Below are positions 1 to 10,396 of a DNA stretch of 64,000 nucleotides, piece by piece. The stretch lies in the NCBI GenBank assembly GCA_019058445.1, contig JAHPZA010000008.1, forward strand, positions 10,315 through 74,314, read 5' to 3'. Under the pieces are notes generated by a model. It did no database searches and was not told where the DNA came from. It saw only the letters and a list, made by a program, of their open reading frames with translations. This DNA is from Promethearchaeota archaeon. Its GTDB lineage: Archaea > Asgardarchaeota > Lokiarchaeia > Sigyniarchaeales > SOKP01. Numbering within the stretch: the first letter of the stretch is position 1; each line of letters opens with the position of its first letter. The translations under genes and the position numbers were made by a program.

Positions 1-14
1 TTGGAGAACTAAAA

Positions 15-1016
15 ATGACAGAAGACCAGATGAATGCAAATTCAACCGATTATCTACAGAAATTTACTTATCGTTTATATGATGGTAAATTTCAACCTAG
101 ATGGATGCGAGTTTTATATTTAATCCGTTTTGAATTGATATCAACTTGGCGTAAAAGTAAGTTTGCTAAATATTTGATGATTATAATCCTTGTATTTAGT
201 TTTTTTTCAATATTGGGCGCCGCAATGTTAAAAGATATAGAGCCTGACGAGGGAGAAGGAAAAGTATCAGTAAGGGATGCGTTAAACGAATCCATTGCAA
301 GCTATTTCGCATTTAACCTTTCCTTTATTCTCTCTAATTCTGATGGTATTTCGTATGGCTTAGGTAGGGGATTAGCCATGTTGTTGTTTATTGTCATAGG
401 ACTTGCAGGTTCTGGATTTTTTGCCGATGATAAACAAGGGAAAGTAATTGAAATCTATTTATCTAGATTAGAAAAAAGAGAATACCTCACTGGAAAGGTT
501 GGAGCAATTGTGATTTATATTAACATATTTGTCCTTCTCCCATTAATTATAACTGGGGTTCTCTTCGTGCAATCATTGGAAAAAGATCACGAAAAATTTT
601 TAGATTTTTATATGGGTATTATTATATATTCGGTATTGTGTTCTATAATACTTGGTTTATTTATTCTCGTTCTATCGATTTTTGTTGAAAAAAGATCCTA
701 CGCTAGTCTAATATTTTTCTTGGTTTTTCTTTTTGGTACAATCATAGGTCAGGCGATAACTTATGATAACTTGGATAACGAGTTTTTTTTACTAGTCTCT
801 CCAACAAATTTCTTGGTCTTATTAGCCTATGTTTGTTTAGGTGATTATGATTTAGGTGTATGGGATGCGAAAAAAGAAAAATATGTTGAACTCAATCTTG
901 ATAATAGTGTAGGTCTCGAATATTGGCATGTGTTTCTTCAAGCATTCCTGTTAATTATAGTTTTTAGTTTACTTTTAGCCTATAAAATATGGAAAACAAC
1001 AACAGAGGAATTATAA
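15..1016 (+). CDS. ABC-2 type transporter permease
   Basis: About 6 hydrophobic segments; 'FFADDKQGKVIEIYLSRLEKREYLTGK' ABC-2 permease motif; stop abuts the ATPase start. Confidence 0.8.
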   Translation: MTEDQMNANSTDYLQKFTYRLYDGKFQPRWMRVLYLIRFELISTWRKSKFAKYLMIIILVFSFFSILGAAMLKDIEPDEGEGKVSVRDALNESIASYFAFNLSFILSNSDGISYGLGRGLAMLLFIVIGLAGSGFFADDKQGKVIEIYLSRLEKREYLTGKVGAIVIYINIFVLLPLIITGVLFVQSLEKDHEKFLDFYMGIIIYSVLCSIILGLFILVLSIFVEKRSYASLIFFLVFLFGTIIGQAITYDNLDNEFFLLVSPTNFLVLLAYVCLGDYDLGVWDAKKEKYVELNLDNSVGLEYWHVFLQAFLLIIVFSLLLAYKIWKTTTEEL

Positions 1017-1988
1017 ATGAGTAAAGCTTTAAATAATTTCGAAATCATTGCAAAAGTTGACAATGTAACAAAATCATTTGGGGAAGTTGTAGCTGTTAGC
1101 GACGCTTCATTTTCTATTGAAAAGGGAAAAATAACGGGCTTCCTTGGACCAAACGGTGCGGGAAAAACAACTTCAATTAAAATGATATTGGGATTAATCA
1201 GACCACAAAAAGGAAGAATTAGTTTATTTGGTAAAAATCCCTTTTATAATTCTAGAATAAAACAACTTATAGGATATATTCCTGAAGTAGAGGCTTTTCC
1301 CAAATGGATGAAAGCTCGAGATTATTTTTATTGGCTTGGACGTTTTCAGCTTACAAAAAAGGAGGCAATCCAACGGACAGATGAGGTTTTAGAAGAAATT
1401 GGATTGTTAGATGTCTCACATAAACGTATCAGGAAGTTTAGCAAGGGAATGAAGCAACGAATGAAGATTGGTCAATCCTTACTTCATAAACCGGCACTGA
1501 TAATCGGAGATGAGCCTTTTAATGGTTTGGATCCAGTTGTAAGAAAAAAAATGTTTGACTTATTTAAGGACTACGCTCGAAAGTATAATTCCACGTTCTT
1601 TATTTCATCACATATATTATTTGAAATAGAGAAAATTTCTGAGACAGTTATTTTAATGTACAAAGGGAGGACTATTGCTCAAGGTTCGCCAATTCGCATA
1701 AGAGAGATGATTGACGATCAACCGCACTCCATCCAAATTACGGTAAAAGATTCAAAAAAATTATCGACATTACTTATCAATAATGCGAACAAAGAGGTTG
1801 TTTCACAAATCAAATTTCAAAAAGATGTCCGCTCAAATGAAGATCAACTCGTAGTTCTTACAAACGAACCGCGAGAATTTTATAGCTTAGTAACGGATCT
1901 CGTCTGTGATCACGAGATTCCAATACTAGAGATAAAAGCTACCGATGAGGGGCTTCAGAATTTATATAAATCCTTAACAATAGGATAA
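1017..1988 (+). CDS. ABC transporter ATP-binding protein (DrrA/CcmA-like exporter ATPase)
   Basis: Walker A GPNGAGKTT, signature FSKGMKQR, Walker B IIGDEP, H-loop SSH. Confidence 0.95.
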   Translation: MSKALNNFEIIAKVDNVTKSFGEVVAVSDASFSIEKGKITGFLGPNGAGKTTSIKMILGLIRPQKGRISLFGKNPFYNSRIKQLIGYIPEVEAFPKWMKARDYFYWLGRFQLTKKEAIQRTDEVLEEIGLLDVSHKRIRKFSKGMKQRMKIGQSLLHKPALIIGDEPFNGLDPVVRKKMFDLFKDYARKYNSTFFISSHILFEIEKISETVILMYKGRTIAQGSPIRIREMIDDQPHSIQITVKDSKKLSTLLINNANKEVVSQIKFQKDVRSNEDQLVVLTNEPREFYSLVTDLVCDHEIPILEIKATDEGLQNLYKSLTIG

Positions 1989-1999
1989 AAGATGATGTT

Positions 2000-2854
2000 A
2001 TGACTAATAGAGAAGAAAAGATTAACTCAACTCAATATATTGAAGAAATAGTTCGCGCTGTAAGTATAAAAAAAATGATCTATGATCAGCAAGAAAAATT
2101 GATCAATAGTGTTATAATTGGTTTCAAAACCTTCTTAAACAGTAAAAAATGGTTGATTTACCTCCTCTTAGCTTTCATGTGGATTCCCGTCATAATTATC
2201 GTTGAAGATTATGATTTACAAATCGAAAAACCAGATGAGGCATTTGTCGACGCTATGCTTGATGGATTATTTCCCACCATATTTATATTCGGCTGTTTAT
2301 TGCTTAGCTTACCTCTAAGCGCCGATGAAATCTCGGATCATTCGATAGACCTTTACCTCGTAAGACCAATCAAACGTGAGGTCTATTGGCTAAGTAGATG
2401 GATCGTTGTAAATGTGGTAGTTTATTGTGTTAATCTTATAATATATTTTTTCTACTATATCTTTGTTCACGCATTTGCAGAAGATGGGGTGTTTGCAGGT
2501 ATAGAAAAGAATCTACCTGTGTTTGGAAAGGTTGCGATTATTCTACTTTTGGCCACTTTAATCTATTCGGGATGTTTTCTCCTGGTAGGAATGATTGGCA
2601 ATCGAGGCCTGCTTCTAAGCTTCATGTTAGCGATATTTGAGGTATTTCTCATTGATTTCTTTTTCCTGGGCGATAGTCTTTATATCCCTCAAAACAATAT
2701 TTATGAAATTGCAAATGACTTATTACCAGACCATGTTGATTTTGACACGCCAGATGATTTAGAATTACTGAATGCATGGATATATGTTATTATATTCCCA
2801 ATTGTAGTATTCTTTGCAGGTGCTTTTTATCTTAGAATGCGAGAAATTAAATAA
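2000..2854 (+). CDS. ABC-2 type transporter permease
   Basis: 6 TM segments; 'ADEISDHSIDLYLVRPIKR' ABC-2 permease motif; same operon as the ATPase. Confidence 0.8.
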   Translation: MTNREEKINSTQYIEEIVRAVSIKKMIYDQQEKLINSVIIGFKTFLNSKKWLIYLLLAFMWIPVIIIVEDYDLQIEKPDEAFVDAMLDGLFPTIFIFGCLLLSLPLSADEISDHSIDLYLVRPIKREVYWLSRWIVVNVVVYCVNLIIYFFYYIFVHAFAEDGVFAGIEKNLPVFGKVAIILLLATLIYSGCFLLVGMIGNRGLLLSFMLAIFEVFLIDFFFLGDSLYIPQNNIYEIANDLLPDHVDFDTPDDLELLNAWIYVIIFPIVVFFAGAFYLRMREIK

Positions 2855-2950
2855 TTAAATTAATTATTTTAGTATACATTTACCCCTCTACCCTTTATAT
2901 TTTTATATCAATCTTTATTATTTTAATGTTTTTTTTAAAAGTGAGTATAT

Positions 2951-3769
2951 TTGAATAAGAAATATTACGATGCAAACAAAGAACTCTGGGATGAGCTTGC
3001 TAGGTTACATTATAGTATGGAAAATGAGGATTATAGTGTAAAATCATTTTTAGAGGGACTAAGCACTTTAAAATCTTATGAATTGAAAGAAATGGGGAAT
3101 GTGAAAGGTAAATCATTATTGCATTTGCAGTGTCATTTTGGTCTTGATACACTTTCTTGGGCAAGAGAAGGAGCTATAGTAACTGGTATTGATATTTCCA
3201 GTGAAGGAATTCGATTAGCAAAATTACTAGCTAATCAAGCTAAACTTGAAGCTCGTTTTATTAAATCGAATTTTTATAATTTGCCGAAAATTTTATCTGA
3301 GGAATTTGACATTGTATATACATCAATTGGAGTTCTCTGTTGGCTGAATGATCTGAATGAATGGGCAAAAATCATTACACATTTTATAAAACCAGACGGA
3401 TTCTTTTATATTGCCGAGATTCATCCATTTTCAATGATATTTGATAATGAAACTAAAGATATCAAAAATCTTCAAGTTTATCGCAATTACTTCCACGATC
3501 CTAAACCAATGGAATTTTATGCCGACGGATCATATGCCTCAGATGAAATCAAATTTGAACCAAAAAAGGAATACGAATGGGCTCACAGCATGTCAGATAT
3601 AATTAATTCACTAATCGAAGCCGGTTTAAGAATTGAATTTCTAAATGAATACCCTTTTACAGTCTGGAAGCAATTCTCGTTTGTAGAACGGGAACCTGAT
3701 GGATTTTTTCGATTAAGAAACCAAAAAGCTGAAATTCCTCTTTTGTTCACATTAAAGGCTGTAAAATAA
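2951..3769 (+). CDS. Class I SAM-dependent methyltransferase
   Basis: 'LLHLQCHFGLDTLS' motif I variant, 'GIDIS', 'FDIVY'; TTG start. Confidence 0.85.
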   Translation: MNKKYYDANKELWDELARLHYSMENEDYSVKSFLEGLSTLKSYELKEMGNVKGKSLLHLQCHFGLDTLSWAREGAIVTGIDISSEGIRLAKLLANQAKLEARFIKSNFYNLPKILSEEFDIVYTSIGVLCWLNDLNEWAKIITHFIKPDGFFYIAEIHPFSMIFDNETKDIKNLQVYRNYFHDPKPMEFYADGSYASDEIKFEPKKEYEWAHSMSDIINSLIEAGLRIEFLNEYPFTVWKQFSFVEREPDGFFRLRNQKAEIPLLFTLKAVK

Positions 3770-3944
3770 TCTCTTGTAGTAGTATAGAACTTTCCGAAAT
3801 AAATACTAGCATGACTTTTAATTTATAAATAAAAAGAAGATATTGGTCCAACTGATAAATATAACATTTAATTAACAAATATTTATAAAATCGTACTCCT
3901 ACTATTGTTTTTGAGACTATTTAAAATAGCAAGAGGTTTTTATT

Positions 3945-4664
3945 TTGGAGCCATTTGAAATATTCAACGGATTTAGTCAAATTATATTTGTTGTAATTGT
4001 TTGGATCGTGGGTATTAAGATTGCATCAAAATATGTTAAATTGGAGGAAAAAAATTTACTCTTCGTTGGGATTGTATGGATTGGATTATCAGAACCTTGG
4101 TTTGCCACTGTAGTAGCCTTCATGCTTGCATTTCTTTTCGGGATACCAACTACAGTTGAAGCATTCCTTTTAATTGGATTCGCATTTACGCCAGTCACCA
4201 TGGTTCTTTGGGGGTACGTAATTACCGATTTTATCTATAAAGAGAAACAAAAAATAATTCTATTAATTGTTGGAATTTACGGACTATTGTTTGAAATATT
4301 ATTTCTATTTTTACTCTTTACCCAACCATCTTTACTTGCCGAAATGATATCTCCCTGGAGAATTGTTTATAAACCTCTCATACAATTATGGATTATTTCG
4401 CTTTTAGTTTTATTTGCAATCACCAGCTCATTGTTTTGTCGAGAATCCTTAAGATCAGACAATCCAAAAATAAAATTAAGAGGAAAATTCTTACTCTTAG
4501 CGTTTATTACTTACATTCTTGGGGGAATCCTCGAAACTTTCTATACTCCCTTTATATATATGATAATTATAAAGCGGGTAGTCACAATTAGTGCTTCAAT
4601 AGAGTTTTATTTTGGATTTATTTTACCTGAACGGGTTGAAAAATTATTCTTAAAAAAAGATTAA
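3945..4664 (+). CDS. Stand-alone 7TM membrane protein (Lokiarchaeia-expanded family)
   Basis: About 7 hydrophobic helices; shares 'SDxPxIKLxGKFLLxAF' and 'FYFGxIxPE' with 48338..49048; TTG start after GAGG. Confidence 0.75.
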   Translation: MEPFEIFNGFSQIIFVVIVWIVGIKIASKYVKLEEKNLLFVGIVWIGLSEPWFATVVAFMLAFLFGIPTTVEAFLLIGFAFTPVTMVLWGYVITDFIYKEKQKIILLIVGIYGLLFEILFLFLLFTQPSLLAEMISPWRIVYKPLIQLWIISLLVLFAITSSLFCRESLRSDNPKIKLRGKFLLLAFITYILGGILETFYTPFIYMIIIKRVVTISASIEFYFGFILPERVEKLFLKKD

Positions 4665-4713
4665 ACCATCTAATTTAAAATAAAAAAATAATATTATCTT
4701 TATTTTTTAGTTA

Positions 4714-6132
4714 TTAATATTTAGGAATCATCTTAAGCGCTACATCCATAGCTTCGATAAACTTGTCATTATCTTCAGGAGTATGTTGCATACATGTGAA
4801 TGCTCGGTTTCCGTACTTCGTAATCACTCCCTCAGACATCATAATAGTTGCTATATTATCAACTAGCTCTTTTCGCTTAATCGCTTTAGGAATGTTGTCC
4901 ATGTCACGAATATCCATACATAACGGCGAGAAAGTCTCATAGTGAATGATTGATTTGTAGTTATAGGCAAAATATGGCCGATTATGGCTTTCAAAGAGAC
5001 TATTTAATTTTTTTACTAGATCATCACCTGCTTTCCCGGCTTTCTCTATTACATTTTGTTCTTCAATAATTTTTATACCCCAATACGTAGCGGCTACTGA
5101 AAGGGGATTTCCTCTTATAGTTCCACTGACAGACGCCTTTTTCCCTGAAACATCAATACCCCCCTCTACAACACCCATTACATCTGCTCTTCCTCCGATG
5201 GCTCCTGCGGATGGGTATCCTTGAGTAATAATCTTGCCAAATATGGTTAAATCTGGTTTAACATTATAATAGTTTTGAGCACCTCCAAGGTCTAACCTAA
5301 AGCCGGTAACCACCTCATCAAAAATATACAAGACATCGTATTGATCACATAATTCTCTCACTGTTTTATGAAATCCTGGTGGAATTGGAAGAGCTCCCGA
5401 TTCTGCTCCTAAAGGTTCTACGATTACAGCCGCTACCCCACTTCTCTTTGCTGACCATTTTTTCAGATTTTCTTCTAATGCTTCAAGATCATTTGGTGGA
5501 AGTGATACTGTATCTTTATAACACCCTCGTGGGATCCCATCTGATTCCATAGCTCCGGAAAAGGGAATGTGTATATCGTAGTTTAGTTGGTCAGACCACC
5601 CATGGTAAGATCCTCCGAATTTAATAATTTTATCCTTACCCGTGAACACTCGAGCTATACGAAGAGCAGCCATATCTGCTTCTGTACCTGATTGAAAATA
5701 CATCATTCGTTCTATTGATGGGACATGTTTCTGAACCATTTTAATCGCTTTATTTTCCCACTCACAATTCCAATATAAATCTGGCGGAAGATCATTAAGC
5801 ACTTTAATAATTTCCTCTCTAAAAAGTGGATAATTGTGCCCTAAAATACATGCTCCAGCACTCATCAAATAATCAATATACTCGTTATTATCCACATCCC
5901 ACATTCTCGTGCCAAGCGCACGTTTCATAGTAACTGCATATGGATCTTTAAGACACATCTGATGCTGAGTGCCTCCTGGGATTAATGAACGTAATTCATC
6001 AGCCAACGGCTTTGATTTCGGTGATTTATCAGCAATTTTTTTACGTATTTTTGCCATATCTTCATCTGAAAAGCCTTTCACGGGATTATCCCTTATAACT
6101 GCTATTCTTTTCTGAATTTCCTCAAATTCCAT
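4714..6132 (-). CDS. Class III PLP aminotransferase (glutamate-1-semialdehyde aminomutase-like)
   Basis: SGTEA, GSYHG, FDEVVTGFR, FGK (PLP lysine). Confidence 0.9.
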   Translation of the reverse strand: MEFEEIQKRIAVIRDNPVKGFSDEDMAKIRKKIADKSPKSKPLADELRSLIPGGTQHQMCLKDPYAVTMKRALGTRMWDVDNNEYIDYLMSAGACILGHNYPLFREEIIKVLNDLPPDLYWNCEWENKAIKMVQKHVPSIERMMYFQSGTEADMAALRIARVFTGKDKIIKFGGSYHGWSDQLNYDIHIPFSGAMESDGIPRGCYKDTVSLPPNDLEALEENLKKWSAKRSGVAAVIVEPLGAESGALPIPPGFHKTVRELCDQYDVLYIFDEVVTGFRLDLGGAQNYYNVKPDLTIFGKIITQGYPSAGAIGGRADVMGVVEGGIDVSGKKASVSGTIRGNPLSVAATYWGIKIIEEQNVIEKAGKAGDDLVKKLNSLFESHNRPYFAYNYKSIIHYETFSPLCMDIRDMDNIPKAIKRKELVDNIATIMMSEGVITKYGNRAFTCMQHTPEDNDKFIEAMDVALKMIPKY

Positions 6133-6314
6133 AATTTTTTCACTACCTAACTATCGTTTTTATTCAATTATGAAATAATAAAATGGTAGGATATTTAAAA
6201 TTTTTAATCTAGATCTAACATTAAAAAATTTAATATAAAATAAAATAATAGGATCAAATATCCTAGAATTAATTAACATAATTTAGAGTAAAATAAATAA
6301 AAGGGAATAATAAA

Positions 6315-8021
6315 ATGCCGAGAGTAATAGATTTGGTCATTGACACGGTAATCGAAGCTGGAATAGATCATGCCTTTGGTTTACCGGGAGGAGTCACCCC
6401 TTTCTTACTACAAGCGTTTTATCAGCGAAAAGACGAGATTCGAACCATTATTGCTCGCCAAGAGGGAATGGCGGCAACAATGGCTGATATGTATGGTAGA
6501 TTAACAGGTAAACCAGGATTACTTATTGGACAAGGTATATGGATAGCAACAAATGGTGCATTTGGAATTGTAGAGTCCTTTTTAGGGGGAGTTCCGATGG
6601 TTATTATTACAGAAATATCTGATTTAGATAATTTAAGTCAACAAGCACCATATCAATGTGGATCAGGAGAATACGGAACAGTGAATATTCAAAATATATT
6701 TCGTTCCATGACTAAATATACAACTTATGCCACAACACCAGCCGAAGTTGTTTATGGTGTCCAATTGGCTATTAAACATGCGATTTCGGGAAGACCTGGT
6801 CCTGCGTGTGTGGTTACCAGATGGAGCTCTTTGGGGGGGAATATTGATGATCCAGCCACCTTATTACCGCCGCTTTATCCTGTAACAGGATACCTGCGTG
6901 TGAGCCCTCCATGTATAAGTGATGTCGATGCTAAAAAAATAGCTAAAATGCTACTTGAAGCCAATAATCCTATTATGATTTGTGGACGTGGTATACATGC
7001 TTCAAAGGCGTATCAAGAGGTTCAAGAATTAGCAGAAATTATTGGAATGCCCGTAACAACAAGTTATATGGGAAAAAGTAGTCTCCCTGATACACATGAT
7101 CTTTCATTGGGAGTTATGGCATCGCGAGGTCAGAAATTAGCTTCAGATTTCATTAAAAGGTCAGACTTAATTTTGGCTGTAGGTACTTGCTTAGCACCAG
7201 ATAACACAAATAGTTGTAGTCCTGATTTGATCAATCCCAATAATCAAAAAATAATCCAAATTGATATCGATCCTCGCAATGCTGGATGGACGTATCCTAT
7301 CACGTTAGGGGTTACTTCTGATGCGAAATTAGCTTTACGAGCCATAATTGAATCAATTAAAATTATTGGTCCTCCCTCTGAAGTACAAAAAACAATAGAC
7401 GAAATTAAGTCAGAAAAACAAAATCCTGAAAATGAATTTTTCATTAGCAAATTTTATTTTTCAGACAAAGAACCAATTGAACCAGAACGTGTTGTAAAAG
7501 AAATTAACGATTTATTTAGAGAAAACGATTTACTTGTGCTAGATGCTGGAAATAATCGAGTTTGGTTCACAAAATTATTTAAATCTAAGAAAGCCGGGCA
7601 AGTGATAGCACCAGGAGGAGCAGCAGGAATGGGATATTCCGCAGGTGCATCAATATCTGCAGCAATGCTCCATAAAGATGGAAAAGTAATACAAATAATA
7701 GGAGATGGTTCCTTATTAATGACTTTAGGAGCGATTGATATGGCTAGAGAATTTAACCTTCCTTTAGTTTATGTTGTACTAAATAACTCAAGTCTGGGAA
7801 ATGTACGTGATTTTCTTTCACGCAAAGGTCGTCCTTTAACACATTACCCCGAAACTAATTTTGCTGATATTGCGAAAGCCATGGGAATTCAAGGAGTCAG
7901 GGTAGAAGGTGTAAGTGAAATCAAACCTGCTTTTGAAAAAGCTTTGAATAGTGAAGGGCCCATCTTATTAGATATAATTGTAAGTAAAGCTTCACATTTA
8001 CGTATTAGAAGTTCCTTATAA
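6315..8021 (+). CDS. Thiamine pyrophosphate-dependent enzyme (acetolactate synthase large subunit-like)
   Basis: FGLPGG, ARQE catalytic Glu, GRPGP, IQIDID, GDG...NN TPP motif. Confidence 0.9.
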   Translation: MPRVIDLVIDTVIEAGIDHAFGLPGGVTPFLLQAFYQRKDEIRTIIARQEGMAATMADMYGRLTGKPGLLIGQGIWIATNGAFGIVESFLGGVPMVIITEISDLDNLSQQAPYQCGSGEYGTVNIQNIFRSMTKYTTYATTPAEVVYGVQLAIKHAISGRPGPACVVTRWSSLGGNIDDPATLLPPLYPVTGYLRVSPPCISDVDAKKIAKMLLEANNPIMICGRGIHASKAYQEVQELAEIIGMPVTTSYMGKSSLPDTHDLSLGVMASRGQKLASDFIKRSDLILAVGTCLAPDNTNSCSPDLINPNNQKIIQIDIDPRNAGWTYPITLGVTSDAKLALRAIIESIKIIGPPSEVQKTIDEIKSEKQNPENEFFISKFYFSDKEPIEPERVVKEINDLFRENDLLVLDAGNNRVWFTKLFKSKKAGQVIAPGGAAGMGYSAGASISAAMLHKDGKVIQIIGDGSLLMTLGAIDMAREFNLPLVYVVLNNSSLGNVRDFLSRKGRPLTHYPETNFADIAKAMGIQGVRVEGVSEIKPAFEKALNSEGPILLDIIVSKASHLRIRSSL

Positions 8022-8041
8022 CCCTACTATTTTTCTGATAT

Positions 8042-8075
8042 AAAGTCCTTTTTTTTTTCCCTTTCTTTTTTTTCT
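8042..8075 (+). terminator. Oligo-T archaeal-type terminator
   Basis: Long T/C tract just downstream of the 8021 stop. Confidence 0.4.
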
Positions 8076-8158
8076 GAATCTATAATTCAAAAACATAGAT
8101 TTTAATAAAAGTTGAAGTAAGTAACTACATATAATTTAATAATAGAAATTAGAAAAAA

Positions 8159-9475
8159 ATGACAGAACAAGAAGAAATTGAATATAAGTCGTCTTATACA
8201 TGGGTTTTTTCTATAAATTATTTTAACCAAGGTTTAGTAACAAGTATTTTGTCCGTGATAATTCCAATATATATCTTAATGATGATTGCAGAGGGGGGAA
8301 CTTCGATTACACCTTCTGATGTTGCCTATATCGCCTCTATTATTACAATCCCATGGGCAGTGAAGCTCTTTTTCGGAATTGTTGCAGATAAATATGGACT
8401 CAAAACATTAGGAAGGCGAAGACCTTGGGTTTTAGGTGCTTTATTGATATCATCGGTAGGCTGGATAATGCTCCCCGTTATGATAACTCCAGTAAATGTG
8501 CTTCTAATGGTTACATTACTAGGATTTGTTATCAATTGCGGGACCGCATTCAGTGATACCGTTTTGGATGGTTTTATTATTGATATTTGTCCAAAAGAGA
8601 GACTAGGTCGCGTTCAAGGATTTGTCTGGGGGTTGCGATCTATAGGGACAATCGCAGGAGGACCTGTACTTGCTCTCTTCATAGTTTTAGGACATCTCTC
8701 GGTAAATGCGATTTTTATCGGTGAGGCCATTTTAACAGTGTTCTTTGCTATTTCGATTCTTGTAGTAAATGAAAAAAAGGATTATCCTAAAGTAATGCTT
8801 AAAGAGCATTTCAAAGGCATGTTTAATACTGGTAGAGATTGGAAAGCCTATATGTTCGCTTTAGCAAATAATGTTATGGGTGATGTTATTGTTCTCTTTT
8901 TAGCCATGTTTATTTTAATAGAGATGGGCATTATAGAAATGAAAGGCAGAAATATAACCCTTGGGGAAAAGACATTGGAAGTGTATCTTTTTCAGGCAAA
9001 TGTAACTTTGCTTATCGCAATAGGGATAGTTATCGGGGCAGTTCTCGGAGGAATCATGGCCGACAAAAAAACGAGAAAATCTGCAATTCATTTGGGGGTT
9101 GTGATAACCACAGCTTCTATTTTACTATTGCTAATCCCTGCAACTTGGGAACTTTTGCTTTTTTTTACAATAATAATCGGTGTTGCACTCGGTTTCCGTC
9201 ATTCCTCCTATTCAGCAGTAGTAGGTCAACTAGCTAAAAAGCATCCCGAAATGGATAGCACATACTTCTCAATCGCAAACTCATTTAGTAATTTCGGTGC
9301 AACCTTAGGACTCATTATCACGGGGCTAATTTTCCAAGTTTTCGGCACTTATGCGTTCTTATTTATTTTTCTCGCAATAATTAGTAATGTGTCATTAATC
9401 CCCTTTTGGGCAATTAACGCTGAAGAATATGAACATAAAACAAAAGGAAGCACAATTGTGTCAGATATCAAATAA
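8159..9475 (+). CDS. MFS transporter, AmpG/acetyl-CoA transporter-like
   Basis: 12 TM; 'PWAVKLFFGIVADKY...GRRRPW' and 'SDTVLDG' motifs typical of the AmpG/PAT family. Confidence 0.8.
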   Translation: MTEQEEIEYKSSYTWVFSINYFNQGLVTSILSVIIPIYILMMIAEGGTSITPSDVAYIASIITIPWAVKLFFGIVADKYGLKTLGRRRPWVLGALLISSVGWIMLPVMITPVNVLLMVTLLGFVINCGTAFSDTVLDGFIIDICPKERLGRVQGFVWGLRSIGTIAGGPVLALFIVLGHLSVNAIFIGEAILTVFFAISILVVNEKKDYPKVMLKEHFKGMFNTGRDWKAYMFALANNVMGDVIVLFLAMFILIEMGIIEMKGRNITLGEKTLEVYLFQANVTLLIAIGIVIGAVLGGIMADKKTRKSAIHLGVVITTASILLLLIPATWELLLFFTIIIGVALGFRHSSYSAVVGQLAKKHPEMDSTYFSIANSFSNFGATLGLIITGLIFQVFGTYAFLFIFLAIISNVSLIPFWAINAEEYEHKTKGSTIVSDIK

Positions 9476-9520
9476 TCTTAATTTTATTTTTTCTTTTTTT
9501 TCTTTTTTCTTTAAACGTTA

Positions 9521-10249
9521 CTATGTTTTCCAAAAACGCTTAAAACGAGCTTCTTGAATTTCTTTTATAGGCAGGATTATATCTAATACTGTATAAATTT
9601 TATCTGTTTGAATAGATTTCTTTGGTTTTTTTCGCTCGCTTCTAAAAGTCTCTAATTCCTTTAGCATTCCTTGATATTTCTCAAAATAAAACTCAAACTC
9701 TTCCTCATCCAATAATTCAACATAATAATTAATGTGTTTTTTGAAATAAAAATCATCCATATTTTTCCTCGTAGGTGATAATTCGAATAGTTTTCTATCA
9801 AGCTCATCGTAATAAGGAGGTAAATCTTCAAATATTTTTTTTATTATCTCTATAGTCTTTGCATCGGATCTGAGATCGTGAGAAAGAATCTCTACAATAT
9901 CTTCTGGAGGTAGTTTTAAAAAATCAAATCCTAACCTTGTATATGCAAGTAAATTAGGAATTACGGAGTAAATTTTTTTATTAAATTGTCCACGTGATTT
10001 TACTTCACGTACTTTCAGCAGTCCTGACTCTTCTAGAACACCAAGATGCTTAGTGACTGTTGGCCAACTTTTTCCTAATTTTTCACATAAATCTTTAGCG
10101 CTTTGCTCTTTATAAATCCAGAGAAGGAGAAGAATTCTAATTCTAGTAATATTATTTATCGCATCTATAACTTCAACTTGGTTTTTTATCCGATCTTTTA
10201 AGTGATCAATTTTTTCCTGACTAAGTTCCTCGTTTTCTATTTTCACCAT
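9521..10249 (-). CDS. ArsR-family winged-helix transcriptional regulator
   Basis: 'TRIRILLLL...SAKDLCEKLGKSWPTVTKHLGVLEESGLL' wHTH; divergent from an MFS gene. Confidence 0.85.
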   Translation of the reverse strand: MVKIENEELSQEKIDHLKDRIKNQVEVIDAINNITRIRILLLLWIYKEQSAKDLCEKLGKSWPTVTKHLGVLEESGLLKVREVKSRGQFNKKIYSVIPNLLAYTRLGFDFLKLPPEDIVEILSHDLRSDAKTIEIIKKIFEDLPPYYDELDRKLFELSPTRKNMDDFYFKKHINYYVELLDEEEFEFYFEKYQGMLKELETFRSERKKPKKSIQTDKIYTVLDIILPIKEIQEARFKRFWKT

Positions 10250-10306
10250 TTTAGTTCAGAATGAAATTTTAATTAGTTAAAATTAATAAAATTTAATAAA
10301 TAAATA

Positions 10307-10357
10307 ATAAAAATTTTATATAAAAAATTTTTATAAAAAAAAATATATAAAAAATTT
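10307..10357. promoter_or_regulatory. Candidate operator repeats between the divergent ArsR and MFS genes
   Basis: Near-palindromic units ATAAAAATTTTAT, ATAAAAAATTTTTAT and ATAAAAAATTT in tandem; pure AT, so weak. Confidence 0.3.
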
Positions 10358-10396
10358 AGAATATAGAATCTTTAAAAAAATTTTGTGAGATTAAAG

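Noticed and set aside
4714-8021. Assigning hemL and ilvB symbols
   Set aside because: Family motifs are present, but no tetrapyrrole or ALS regulatory context; orthology cannot be shown.
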